Under the pieces are notes generated by a model. It was not told the DNA's origin, searched no databases, and saw only the letters and a list, made by a program, of their open reading frames with translations. Of a DNA stretch of 64,000 nt, positions 1-12,348 are shown in pieces. How positions within the stretch are numbered: the stretch's first letter is position 1; every line of letters begins with the position of its first letter. Position numbers and translations under genes: made by a program. Source of the DNA: Paraspadella gotoi (lineage: Eukaryota; Animalia; Chaetognatha); NCBI GenBank assembly GCA_051294375.1, contig CM119264.1, positions 27,922,981 through 27,986,980 of the forward strand, read 5' to 3'.

Positions 1-959
1 AAAAAAAGAAATGAAAAAAGGAGGAAAGAAAATAAATGATAAAAGAGTAGTCGAGACTGAGAGAGAAGGAAGAGGGAAAAAAGAGATAACCGACGAAAAG
101 ACAAAGAGAAAAAGGAAAGAAGAGAAAAATTAAAATTAATAACGAGAAATGTAAATACAGAGTAGGTTTAAAATAATAAACCCTTTACCTTCATCTAACT
201 CCTTTTCACTTAAAATATGATTCTGAACTTGAGTGGGAGAAAAATAAATTCGCATCTTTTTATTATTTTATTTTTATTTTTCTAATCTGTTCTCATTTAA
301 AAAAAAACAAAAATAAACGAAGAAAATATTCAAATCTCTAACCGGCTCCGTTTTGTTGTAAAACTTAAACTGAAAACTCAAAAATTTTCATTTTTATGGA
401 ATATTATTAAACTACATAGGTTTTTTCTCGGTTTGTCTGTTCCTAGCCGGAAAGAGCAAGAGAGAGANNNNNNNNNNNNNNNNNNNNNNNNNNNNNNNNN
501 NNNNNNNNNNNNNNNNNNNNNNNNNNNNNNNNNNNNNNNNNNNNNNNNNNNNNNNNNNNNNNNNNNNNNNNNNNNNNNNNNNNNNNNNNNNNNNNNNNNN
601 NNNNNNNNNNNNNNNNNNNNNNNNNNNNNNNNNNNNNNNNNNNTTTTCTTTTTTGGTTTTTAGTTTTTAAGGAAAGAGATAATTGGTAATAAGCGACATA
701 CAATACAAAAGGAATATTATTATTAGTACCAACGAATTTGTTTTCGATTTTGCTTCGGAAATCGAAAGGATTTTGTTTTTGTTTTTTTTTAAAACTAAAC
801 CGCCGCCAAAATAATAAAAAAATGCAATTAAATTGAAAAAAAAAATTCAGTTTGAATACGATAACAAAATTTCGAGATAAAAAAAGACAATTAGTACCCT
901 AATATCCGTTGGAGTAAAAACAACCGGGATGGGGAAAGTGATAGGAAAGGGAGAAACAT

Positions 960-1027
<68 letters not shown>

Positions 1028-1984
1028 AATTTAAAAGTCCGTTCAGAATTATCATCTTCGTCGTTGTCATCGTCGATAAATATTGTAAACAGATGATTCG
1101 TTTCAGTATTTTAAGTTCATTGTTGTTGTTGTTGTTGTTGCCTTCGGTCTTCGTTCTCGACGGCCGCCATCTTTGTTTTCTTTTTCGCCCTGAGAGCGCA
1201 TTAAGCGTCCTTAATATTTCTTCGCTTTCGTAACATTTGTTGCTTCTACTTTTTCTCCCCTTTTTTCTTTTTCTCTGTTTTTTATTNNNNNNNNNNNNNN
1301 NNNNNNNNNNNNNNNNNNNNNNNNNNNNNNNNNNNNNNNNNNNNNNNNNNNNNNNNNNNNNNNNNNNNNNNNNNNNNNNNNNNNNNNNNNNNNNNNNNNN
1401 NNNNNNNNNNNNNNNNNNNNNNNNNNNNNNNNNNNNNNNNNNNNNNNNNNNNNNNNNNNNNNNNNNNNNNNNNNNNNNNNNNNNNNNNNNNNNNNNNNNN
1501 NNNNNNNNNNNNNNNNNNNNNNNNNNNNNNNNNNNNNNNNNNNNNNNNNNNNNNNNNNNNNNNNNNNNNNNNNNNNNNNNNNNNNNNNNNNNNNNNNNNN
1601 NNNNNNNNNNNNNNNNNNNNNNNNNNNNNNNNNNNNNNNNNNNNNNNNNNNNGCTCGTCTGAGTCTGGCGACATTACCCGGATAGTACTTTCCTCCCTTG
1701 CGTCCTTACCCTATCAACTCTCACTTTCCCTTTGAAAAAAAGCTTTTCAATTTTTTTTTATTTAGTTATTTTTCTTCGTCATCGTATTTTATATTTAAAT
1801 ATATATATATATATTTGTCCGACTTGCTTTTTTTTTGGCCATTCTGGTCCTTTGATGTTATTACTAGCGAAATCAGTTCTAAACGGTCTTCTTAAACAAG
1901 CAGCGCCTTTCCCAAAGCATCATTTACTCCCCTGCTCTACTTCTTGCTATCTCAAAACTTCTATGCAAAACTGCTTCCCCAGAC

Positions 1985-2400
1985 TAATCCCAAACTTCCC
2001 CAAATGGCTGACCAGACTACTCCTATAAATTGGTCCCAAACATTTGTAAGCTGATCCCCGAAACCGTTCCTTACAATCACAAAACTGCTGCCCAAAACTG
2101 CTCCTGTAAACTCCTTTCCAACATCCATGAACTGCTTCACCAAACCATTCCTTACAATCACCAAACTGNNNNNNNNNNGAACTGCTTCTCCAAACCATTC
2201 CTTACAATCACCAAACTGCTGCCCAAAACTGCTCCTTTAAACTCCTTTCCAGCAAGCCTGAACTGCTTCTCCAAACCATTCCTTACAATCACCAAGCTGC
2301 TGAACAAAACTGCGACTATAAACTTCTTTCCAACATCCCCGAACTGCTTCCCAAAAACTGCTGCACAAATCTCATTTCCCACATCCATAAGCTGCTCCCC
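1985..2400. repeat. minisatellite, unit about 81 bp
   Basis: aaacc(a/g)ttccttacaatcac recurs near 2062, 2142, 2192 (after a 10-N gap) and 2273; about 4-5 degenerate units. Confidence 0.8.
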
Positions 2401-2815
2401 AAACCTATTCCTTCCGCTCCCGCAAACTGTTCCCCAAAACTTCCCCAAATTGCTCCCCCAACCTACTCCCCTACCCTGCTTCTCACTTACCCCACCAAGA
2501 CGCCTTACCCTGAGACAAGGACGAGACTTGTGAACGACGCTAATCGGTTCGCGTGACGTCGCCGCGAAAAATGTGAGACGAAAAAAAAAACGAGGTCGTG
2601 AGTCGTGACCTTCGGTCGCGTGACCCGTAGGGGGAAAGTCAAATATCTCACGTGACTTACCATGTTCTTACCTCTCCCTATCCCGACTATCGATTGTTAT
2701 CCCAAATACGAATCCGAGTGTACCTAAATGGAAATCGGTCGAAACTCCCCTCTTGTGAAAGTTCACCAAACTGCCACAAACCCCGCACCGTACCTCACTT
2801 TTCCTCACTCGCTAT

Positions 2816-3428
2816 TAAAGTGATGTGAAAATGATAAAATTTTAGAAAATTAAAATTTAGCATATAAAACATGAACATAAAAACCAATAAAAATATTTTG
2901 GTAAATTTATTTTTTAATTTTATATATTAGTGGGCACCAGTGAGCTATATTTATATATAGTAATAAGTATATAATAGGCTAAAATTTCAAAATGCAAATT
3001 TTTAAATTTTAAGATCGGATTTGGATTCCTTGCAAAAAGTTATTATAAGAAAGTACAATTCTTTTTTAAAAATTTTTTTATTAAGTTAGTCAAAAATCTA
3101 AAAAACTATATTTAAGACGCCGATTTTGAATTTCCAGCTTAAAAATATAGTTTTTTGTAATTCTAACCAACTTAATGACATAATTTTTGAAAAAGATTTA
3201 TACTTTCTTTTATTAACTTTTAACGAGGAATCTGAATCTGTTCTCAGAATTAAAAAAAACCATTTTAAAATTTTGACATTATATAAGGGTAGTACTATAT
3301 ACAAAATAAGCTGACTGGGCTACTATATTTATATAAAAAGAAAAATAACTATAGATTAGTATTCACTAATATGATAGTTTTTAAGATATAACTGCTAAAT
3401 TTTGATTCCAAACTTTCACTTCACCCTA
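2816..3428. mobile_element. hAT-like MITE (613 bp)
   Basis: AT-rich block inside GC-richer flanks. Imperfect TIRs TAAAGTGATGTGAAA / TTTCACTTCACCCTA (12/15) and 8-bp TSD CTCGCTAT at 2808-2815 and 3429-3436. An 8-bp TSD and TAGGG-type end are typical of hAT. Confidence 0.75.
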
Positions 3429-3556
3429 CTCGCTATTGTCACCTCACGATCACGTGATTCTTTTGTCACGCGACTTTTCCTCAACTCACCCGACCCTTTT
3501 TCTAGACAACTTGACCCTTTTTCCTCCCTCAGCTCTCTGCCTCCTCCTCCCTTTCA

Positions 3557-3694
3557 CTATTTTTTCGGCATGACGTCGTTACGAACGTCGTGACCGGTTG
3601 TCGTNNNNNNNNNNGTCGTTCGTCGTCGTCGTTCTTCGTCGTCGTCGTCGTCGTCGTCGTCGCCATCATAATCGACGGCATCTGCTTGACGAGT
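3557..3694 (-). CDS. candidate terminal coding exon of the Ig gene (interrupted by a 10-N gap)
   Basis: Follows a long polypyrimidine region with a ttcctcctcAG acceptor. Phase 0 gives TRQADAVDYDGDDDDDDDEERRRRT; after the gap one frame reads TTTGHDVRNDVMPKK*. The frame across the gap cannot be verified. Confidence 0.45.
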   Translation of the reverse strand, partial: TRQADAVDYDGDDDDDDDDEERRRRTXXXXTTTGHDVRNDVMPKK

Positions 3695-4760
3695 CTGAGG
3701 AGGAACGATTCCAAAAAGGAAACGCCCTCGGGGAGGAAGCGGAATGATGGAGGAGGAAGGTGGAGGGGAGGGGAGGGGAGTGGAGGGGAGGAAAGGAAGG
3801 AAAGGAAAGAAGGAAGGAGAGGAAGGAAAGGAAAGAAGGAAGGAAAGGAAGGAAAGGAAGGAAAGGAAGAAGGAAAGGAAAGAAAAGAAGGAAAAGAGCG
3901 AAAAGGAGGAAGGAGAAGGAAGGATGGCAGGAAGGAAAGGAGGAAAGGAGGATGGAAGGAAGGAAAGAAGGAAATGAAGAAAGGAAAGTCAAAAAGGAAA
4001 AGAAACGCAGCAGAGGGAGGAAGGAGAGGGAGGAAGGAAAGAAGGAAGGAAAGAAGAAGGAAGGAAGGATGGCAGGAAGGAAGGAAAGAAGGGAGTAAAG
4101 AAATAAGGGAAATAGGAATGGAGAAAAGATACAAAGACAACGGAGCAGATGAAAATAGAAAGAAAAAAAATAAAAGAAATTTAGAAATAAAAAAAGATTA
4201 TAAATCCAAGATTTAAGATGAGAAAAGGCATTTCTAAGAATTACGAGCGGCAGAAAAATAAAAAAAAACCTCGAAAACGAAAAATAAAAATTGATCAATG
4301 ATTCGACAATGAATTCAAAAAACAAACAAACGCACGCAACTTCGGACAAAATTTCCTTATTTTCCGACCCGAAAAACCAGTAATTTTGTTCACACGTTTT
4401 TTTTTTATCCATGACCCAATCACGGGTCAATCATTCGCTGTGAGTTTCGTTTCACTCTGAAAAATCTTTCAAAGATAAATGATTCTCAAGAGTCATGGGT
4501 TTCGCTTTGTTATCCGATTTTTGTGATCGGTGATCGGCGGTGAAAATTTCGAGAGGAAAGTTGCGTGTCATTCGTCAAGAGGGACATTGTTAACTGCGGC
4601 GGCTGCGGCTGCGGCTGCGGGGGCGGCTTCGGCGGCGGCGGCGGCGGGTGAAGACATAAAAGTGTCGATGGTGACGGCAGTGACTCTCGGTCGACGGCGA
4701 ACGGGCGGTGATTCGTGAGTGCGCGCGAGTGAAGTCTGGTGTCGCGTATCACGTACTCAC

Positions 4761-5423
4761 CACCGCGTAGCACGGACCGTCGCCGTTGACCGGCAGCGTA
4801 GCAGTCGACGCCGCTGACGCCGCCGACGAAGAGTTGTTGTTGTTGTTGTTGTTGTTGGTCGCGATTCCGCCGTTATTGTTGACGCCGTTAAATCCGTTGT
4901 TGTTGTTGTTATTGTTGCTGCTGGGATGAATGACGCCAACGATGGGGCTTCCTCTCTCGACGCGCGTGAAGGCGGCGCCGGTCGGCAGCGGCGACGCGTT
5001 TCCATTAGCCCCGGCGCCAGTCAGACTTCCGGTTCCGGTCGATTCCGTCATGAGACTGGCGGCGCTTCCTCCGCCGGGCGAAGCTCGGCCGCCGCAGAGC
5101 AGCGTAGCGCGGGGATGAGCGCAGAGCCGGGCCGCCGTTCCGCCAACGTTGGCGTAGTGATTCGACGCCACGACTCCGTTTGGCGTGGCGCCGGCGCCGG
5201 CCACGAAATGATTGGCGTAGATGACGTTGGCGCCGGCGACGCCACCGCCGACGATCGGAGAATTCTGTCCAGACGCGGAAGTCGTCAACATCTTTTCGGC
5301 GGCGAAGTAAGCGGCGAGATTTGGAGACGCCGAGGCCGGCATGCCGTAGCCTCGTGCGGCGCCAGCCGGGCCGGTGGCGCCGCGGTGGAGAGGGTGGTGG
5401 GCGCTGGGCTCGAGGAGGACGAC
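4761..5423 (-). CDS. Ig-superfamily membrane protein exon (cytoplasmic tail)
   Basis: Polypyrimidine + acaAG acceptor in phase 0, 663-nt GC-rich open frame (VVLLEPSAHHPLHRG...NVIYANH...NHYANV...NNNN...DGPCYAV). Ends at a GTGAGT donor, or reads through to the stop at 4749. Confidence 0.85.
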
Positions 5424-5734
5424 CTTGTCGAGGGTTTGGGGAAGAATTAAGGGAAGGAATATATGATAAAGAAAAATCATAATTGTAAATGTACTACATC
5501 TCTTATGAAATTGGTACAACCAATTTGAAATTTTCCATTTAACTAATAAATCAGCTATATGAACCCTGATTTTGGACATGCTATGGTGGTTTAAAGCCTC
5601 CATCGCACTTACAAGAAAATAACATGACAAGACACTACAATTTTCAATCAAGACTCTCTCACAAGATCTTGATTATTCACTTGTTCAAAAGGATCACTCC
5701 CTTAAGTTTGGACCCTACGAATCTCTTCGATCCC

Positions 5735-6023
5735 TCTCCTCTCTCTCTTCCTCTCCCTTTCTTCCCCTTAATTCATTGGGCGAGGCGGAGGCGAAGACCC
5801 TTCGACTTACCCTCCTCCCTCACTTCTCTCCCTTCCTCCCCCTCTCCTCCTCTCCCTCTTCCTCTCCCTTTCTTCCCCTTACTTCATTGGGCGAGGCGGA
5901 GGCGAAGGCCCCTCCACTTACCCTCCTACCTCACTTCTCTCCCTTCCTCCCCCTCTCCTCCTCCCCCTCTTCCTCTCCCTCTCTTCCCCTTACTTCATTG
6001 GGCGAGGCGGAGGCGAAGGCCCC
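5735..6023. repeat. tandem repeat, unit about 111 bp, containing the 3' end and donor site of the TM exon
   Basis: ttcattgggcgaggcggaggcgaag occurs at 5773, 5883 and 5994. Confidence 0.9.
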
Positions 6024-6111
6024 TCGTCGGTAGAGGACGACGAGGATGACGACCGTCGCGACGCAGAGAAGAAGGAGGACGGCGGTCGTGACGAGGATCA
6101 CGAATTCCATC
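5994..6111 (-). CDS. Ig-superfamily membrane protein exon (transmembrane helix)
   Basis: tccAG acceptor, GAA|GTAAGG donor, 118 nt, phase 2-0. Translates RMEFVILVTTAVLLLLCVATVVILVVLYRRGAFASASPNE: a hydrophobic stretch of about 24 residues followed by an RR stop-transfer. Confidence 0.92.
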
Positions 6112-6270
6112 CTGGACCCGGATGTAAGTCGAATTAATTGGATTTAAATTAATTACATTTAAATAATTTAATTCAATTAATTCTTTTAATTTTAATTTTT
6201 TTTGGTGATAATTTGAGACGAATTAACTGACCCTAATCCTCGGGACTCACCCTCAAAGGTGGAGCCTTAC

Positions 6271-6362
6271 CTGGAGTAGGAGTCGGGGTCCAGATCCGCG
6301 TTGAGGTCAGAATCCCCGATGCTGCCGACGACGACGCCGTTCCCGCTCAGGGTGGAGAGGCC
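6271..6362 (-). CDS. Ig-superfamily membrane protein exon (juxtamembrane stalk)
   Basis: ttcAG acceptor, CAG|GTAAGG donor, 92 nt, phase 0-2. Translates GLSTLSGNGVVVGSIGDSDLNADLDPDSYS. Confidence 0.85.
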
Positions 6363-6900
6363 CTGAATTGCAGGGAATTAATAAATATAGTTGAAAAGAA
6401 TTGGCAAAAATGAATTATTAAATGGAATTGTCAAAAAATGTGGAAAGATTGAAGGGAATTTTGTGAAATTACGAGAAATTATATAAAAGGGCAAAAAAAG
6501 TATATGAATTTTAAAGGAAATGAAAATAATTGCAAGAAATTGAATGGGATTGTAAAAAAAGATAAGAAATTTAAAAAAAAATTGTTAGGAATTGACTAAA
6601 ATTGAGAGAAATTGTTACAAAAGAAATATAACTTTATAGAAATTGTATGTATTCTGTTTTTGCACATAAATCCAACAAATTTTATTGAATTCAGTTTTTT
6701 TTTAATTCAAAAAAATTTAAAAATACTTTGTTGTAAATAGCAATAAAATTTTCGGCTTCAAACTAAGTTTTCCTTTAAATATAATTAGCTACCCGAATAG
6801 AGTCCATTTTTGTAATTTTAAAATGAACAAACAGCGCGCACGTTCGTCTTGAACCCACGCATTCCCCCGAATTTCGAATCTTAAACCCCCTCAATCTCAC

Positions 6901-7145
6901 CTGCCCGTTGATCATCAAATGACCGCCCGCCGCTCCCGCCCCGCCGCCGCCGCCTCTCTCCGCCTCCGCTTTGGACACGAGACGCAGGGTAAGGTTCCTC
7001 GATATCTCACCCTCCACGCCCCTCGCCCGCAACCGGAAGTGATATTCCGTTTTGTTCTCGCGATTTTGAACGAAGATGACGGAGCGAATGAAGTTTCCGA
7101 ATTCTTCGTAGAGTTGAGATTTGATCTCCGGTTGAGTCGTTTCGC
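6901..7145 (-). CDS. Ig-superfamily membrane protein exon (second half of Ig4, Gly-rich stalk)
   Basis: cttcAG acceptor, CAG|GTGAGA donor, 245 nt, phase 1-0. Translates GETTQPEIKSQLYEEFGNFIRSVIFVQNRENKTEYHFRLRARGVEGEISRNLTLRLVSKAEAERGGGGGAGAAGGHLMINGQ. Confidence 0.9.
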
Positions 7146-7884
7146 CTGAAGAGGGGATTCAGTGGTTACGGCTGGGTAGCGAGGCCGTATGAAATTTTAT
7201 GCCGTTCGCCTTACTATGGCTTCAATGTGGGGTGGAAAGGGGGGAGGAAAGGGGTTAATGTTGATTCGTTTGGGCCGTGTTTTCCAAAAGCGCCCCAGTT
7301 TTCGCTCGAATTCGGAATTGAAACAGTTTTTGAAGTTTAAAGAGTGGGTTAAGGTTGGATAAGGATTTGGTTAGCTATTAAGGTTAAAGGATAGGGTTAA
7401 GGGTGAGGTGATTAGGTTAATCAGGGTTTAAGAATATGTTCGGGTCAAAAAAGGTCTAAAAAATTAGGGTTAAATATTTAGGTTATAATATTTAGTTTTG
7501 AATGTCGTGAGCTGAATTTAGAGTTAACGATGTGAATGACTGGCCGTGAGTTTTCTGAATATAGCTTTCTGAATATTGATCTCTGAATGTCAACTCTGAT
7601 TAAGTGAAAGGATAAATTTCATCAATATGTCAATGATAATAGAAAAATGTCAGCGCTGAATGTGGCTCTCTGAATAGTCTGAATCCGAAAGGTCAATTCT
7701 GAATGTCGAAACTTTTCGTCCTTCCGAAATGTTGATAAATAAATAAGAAAGGAATGGAAGGAACATCGGGAATCTAAGTTCATACCCAGTTTCATTTCAT
7801 ATTTTATTTATTTACTATTCTAGGTTTATTTTTTTATCTATCTTTGTTAGAAAACGATGTCCTCGTGTTGTATAGATAATAATA

Positions 7885-8000
7885 AAAGTTAAATCTAATA
7901 CTTAAGTAAAATATACTCAACTTTTATATTATTTTTTTTTAAATTTATCTAATTTAGTCTAATATAGTAAAACAAGTATTCTTGCAATTTTTTTTAGTAT
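7885..8000 (+). repeat. fragment of a dispersed AT-rich repeat, also at about 26480-26590
   Basis: atctaatttagtctaatatagtaaaacaagtattcttgcaattttt vs atctaatttagtctcatataataaaacaagtaatcctgcaattttt. Confidence 0.65.
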
Positions 8001-9757
8001 AATTAAAGAAAATAGCCATGCTAAGCAGGTTTTTGATTACAGGGAAGAAGCATTAAGATATTCTAGTAACTTTTGGTAATTTTTCAAGAATGATTTTTTT
8101 AAATATTTTTTTTAATTGTAAATCTTAAATATTCTTTGTACAGTTTGTCCAATTCGAAAAAAATGCTGTCCTGATCATGTTTTTGACTGTTGTGAACAAT
8201 TATTTTATACCATAAGAGTTACAAGTTGACTCTTTATTTAATGATGTATCTCAATTTCAGTACTTCTGTATTTCATGAGTAAATAATTTATCATTATTTT
8301 TTTTAAATATACAGCTTTTATAATGAAGTTTATTCACGTTTAAGTAAATATGAAATTAGTTTTATGAAATTAGGATATAATAAACGTCCAGTACTTTGCT
8401 ATATGATAGGAGGAAAACATTTAAAAAAAAATCATCCAGTGAGAAATGGAAAGCATTTTTTTCGTGTCCCTCGCGAACGGACGCGGGGAAGGGCTAGAGC
8501 GAAGAGGAAGTTGCTTTTGTTAGGAAAAGAGAAATTGCAAAGTTCATTAAAAAAAAAATTGCGAAAATTGAGAGAAAATTGCGGGAAATTATCGAATTGG
8601 CCGACAGAGAAAAGGACGACGGCGGCAGCGGCGGCAGCAGCGGCGGCGAAAGCGGCAGCAGCGGCGGCGGCGGCAACACGTCGACGTCAACAAAGAAGAA
8701 CAAAACAAATTTAAAAAAAAAAAGAAGGAAGGAAAAAAAAACAAAGGAAAAAACGGATTATGAAAACAACAAATTAATTAGTTGCCATGAAAACTGGCGA
8801 GGTCTTTCTCTTTCTCGTTGTTGATGCGATCATCTCTGCTCCTCATTCCTGCTCTCTGTTCCTTCACTATGTCTTTTTAAGATTATTTAATTTAATGCAT
8901 ATTAGTCGTTTTATTTATAGTCATCTTCATTGTCGTCGTCGTCGTCGTCGTCGTCGTCTTCCCCCTTCCTTCCTTTCACGCGCTCCCCTCATCTCGTCTT
9001 CGCCGTGAAATCAATAATTCACTCGTCACGTGACCCTTCCCTTTTTAACGATTCATAATTCACGATTTACAATAAATTCACAATCCACGATTTTCTCTCC
9101 TTCAACCTTCGTTCAAGATTCATTGTTGAGTGACGGTGAATTTATCGTCGCTAATCGATGAAGACGATGACGACGACGACGATGGCGACAACGACAATGG
9201 CGACGACGACGGTAACGACGATGACAACGACGAAAATGACGATTGTCTCGATGATGATGACAATGACAAATATAACAATGGTGACGACGATGATAGCAAC
9301 TATGACGATAATGAGAAAAATGGCCATTTTGACAGTTTATAATTTTTACGTTGTTAACAATGTTAATGGTGACAACAATGTAGACAATGGCAAAGATGGC
9401 AAAGAGGAAAACTCTGGCAATGATGACAAAAATGATGATGATTACGAAGTCGACGATATTAACGGAAGGCGAGAACGACGGTGATGATGACAACGATGAT
9501 AGCGACGACGAAAAGAGCAATGACGACCAAGACGACGACGGCAACGATTCATAAATGTTGAAGGTAGATGAAAATTATGTTTCAGGCTTTCAGCAATGGC
9601 AGCGGAATCAAAGGAAAGGTAAGGGCGATTATAGGTTAAGTTAAACCGAAGCTTTTTCGCAGTAAGGAGTGAACACATTCCAAACACCAAAAACAAGGAA
9701 CAGCACCAGCACAGACAACATCAAAACTGCCCCATTGCCGCCACCGGCTAAACTTAC

Positions 9758-9969
9758 CCAAAAACTCCCAGGTGATGTTCTCTCTCGGCATCTGCGGATG
9801 ACTCACGATGTTGCAGGAGATGTGGTAAGTTTGAAATCCGACGGGCGAAGAAGTTACATCCGGACAAACGAGTTTTGGTGGGAACTCGAGACTCACCAGG
9901 ATGTTGCGTTTGAGGGTGAGTGAGTCGCCACGGACGATAAGGTACATCCAGAGTTCGGGGACTTTGTCG
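9758..9969 (-). CDS. Ig-superfamily membrane protein exon (end of Ig3, first half of Ig4)
   Basis: cacAG acceptor, G|GTAAGT donor, 212 nt, phase 2-1, joining both neighbours in frame. Translates DKVPELWMYLIVRGDSLTLKRNILVSLEFPPKLVCPDVTSSPVGFQTYHISCNIVSHPQMPRENITWEFL. Confidence 0.9.
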
Positions 9970-10383
9970 CTGTGGGTGGGACGGGGTATTTTCATTTATT
10001 TTATTTTATTTCTTGTTCAAGTCTAGACTAAATTAGCCATTGATACAAAAACTATATTGATTCAAAGAAAGAAAAACGAAGATGAAAGGAGCGTCGAAAT
10101 TTAGGTAAGAGAAGAAAAGATAAGGATTGAAGAATAGGCCAAAAAAAGGGCAATTTTAAAGTAAACTATTAAGATAAAAAGAAAGGGAAGAAGTAGGACC
10201 GGATAGAAGGTATTAAGATAAAAAGAAAGAGCGGCTGAAGACTGGAGGAGATTGACTCGGTGTTTACTATCAGAGTCTTCCCTTGAAATTGAGGGTCTTC
10301 TTCTTATGTGAACCTCATAAAATTCAATCTCTCCTCCAACTTGTGAGCTTCTCTCCTGACTCCAATCTCGGTTGCGTGAGAGT

Positions 10384-10422
<39 letters not shown>

Positions 10423-10423
10423 A

Positions 10424-10459
<36 letters not shown>

Positions 10460-10614
10460 CGAAAGACTAATCTATGTCTAGGTACTTAACACGTTTTTTT
10501 TTCGTCTTCGTGAAGAAAAAAAATCGTCGAGGATGGAATTTCACGCTTCGTGAACTTAAAGCGTCGCCCTTACAACTTTTCGCTTTCTTCACTCTCTCTC
10601 TATCTTTCTTTCTC

Positions 10615-10696
<82 letters not shown>

Positions 10697-10773
10697 TTCT
10701 TACTTTTCTTACTTTCTCTTTCTCTCTTTTTCTTTTTCTAAACTTTTTCTCTCTTCTCTCTTTCTTCCTTTTC

Positions 10774-10841
<68 letters not shown>

Positions 10842-11889
10842 ACTTCTCTCCCCCCATTCTTCAGTTTCCCTTGTAAAAAGGGCGGGGCCCCTTAAGTTCA
10901 AGGAGCTCCTTCTGACGGGACATTTCCCCCTTAATTCGACTTCGTTATGGAGAATTTGATCGCAAATCGACCCGTGGGAATCTCGAGAGAACAATGAAAG
11001 GCAAGTTTAACCGTCAAGAAAATACTTTGACATACATCTTCAACGACCAACGACCAGTTGTTATATACATACTAACGGACTAATTGTTTTCACTTAATTC
11101 ATTGTGTATTAGTTTTCGATTCGTTGCGTTTGAAATGCGTTTGAAAACAAAGTTTTATTTGGGTTACCACTCGGATCATCTTCCCCTTAATTAATGACCA
11201 TTTCTCTCCGTTTTCTCTCCCCCCCATTTTTTTTCTTTCAGATGTANNNNNNNNNNNNNNNNNNNNNNNNNATTTCCAATTTTCACAGAAAACAACTTTA
11301 TTCGCGACGTCGCGTCCGTCCGTCCGTCCGTCCGTCCGTCCGTCCGTCCATCCGTCCGTCCGTCCGTCCGTCCGTCTCGTCCGTCCGTCCATTCCGTCCG
11401 TCCGTCCGTCCGTCCGTCCGTCCGTCCGTTCCGTCCGTCCGTCCGTCCGCCGTCGCGAATAAAGTTGTTTTCTGTGAAAATTGGAAATTACATCTGAAAG
11501 AAAAAAAATGGGGGGGAGAGAAAACGGAGAGAAATGGTCATTAATTAAGGGGAAGATGATCCGAGTGGTAACCCAAATAAAACTTGTTTTCAAACGCATT
11601 TCAAACGCAACGAATCGAAAACTAATACACAATGAATTAAGTGAAAACAATTAGTCCGTTAGTATGTATATAACAACTGGTCGTTGGTCGTTGAAGATGT
11701 ATGTCAAAGTATTTTCTTGACGGTTAAACTTGCCTTTCATGTTCTCTCGAGATTCCCACGGGTCGATTTTGCGATCAAATTCTCCATAACGAAGTCGAAT
11801 TAAGGGGGAAATGTCCCGTCAGAAGGAGCTCCTTGAACTTAAGGGGCCCGCCCTTTTTACAAGGGAAACTGAAGAATGGGGGAGAGAGT

Positions 11890-11955
<66 letters not shown>

Positions 11956-12029
11956 AGAAAAGGAAAAGAGAGAGAGAAAAAGTTTAGAAAAAGAAAAGAA
12001 AGAGAAAGAGAAAGTAAGAAAAGTAAGAA

Positions 12030-12103
<74 letters not shown>

Positions 12104-12257
12104 GAGAAAGAAAGATAGAGAGAGAGTGAAGAAAGCGAAAAGTTGTAAGGGCGACGCTTTAAGTTCACGAAGCGTGAAATTCCATCCTCGACGATTTTTT
12201 TTCTTCACGAAGACGAAAAAAAAACGTGTTAAGTACCTAGACATAGATTAGTCTTTC

Positions 12258-12348
<91 letters not shown>

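Noticed and set aside
1117-1175. AAGATGGCGGCC start-like motif on the minus strand
   Set aside because: Gives only MAAVENEDRRQQQQQQQ* with no donor; more likely an isolated YY1-type motif or chance.
3590-4430. Long K/E/R/G-rich and F/L/P/S-rich ORFs
   Set aside because: Translations of a GGAA/GAAA purine-rich simple repeat; no domain and no fit to the splice model.
7340-7500. TTAGGG-like motifs (also about 51230-51380)
   Set aside because: Highly degenerate and dispersed; not a telomeric array.
9113-9545. Asp/Asn-rich, Thr/Met-rich and His/Arg-rich ORFs (and their copies at 13.2-13.6 kb and 16.5-16.9 kb)
   Set aside because: Degenerate (GAC/GAT/AAC)n trinucleotide region inside an intron; flanking exons join in frame without it.
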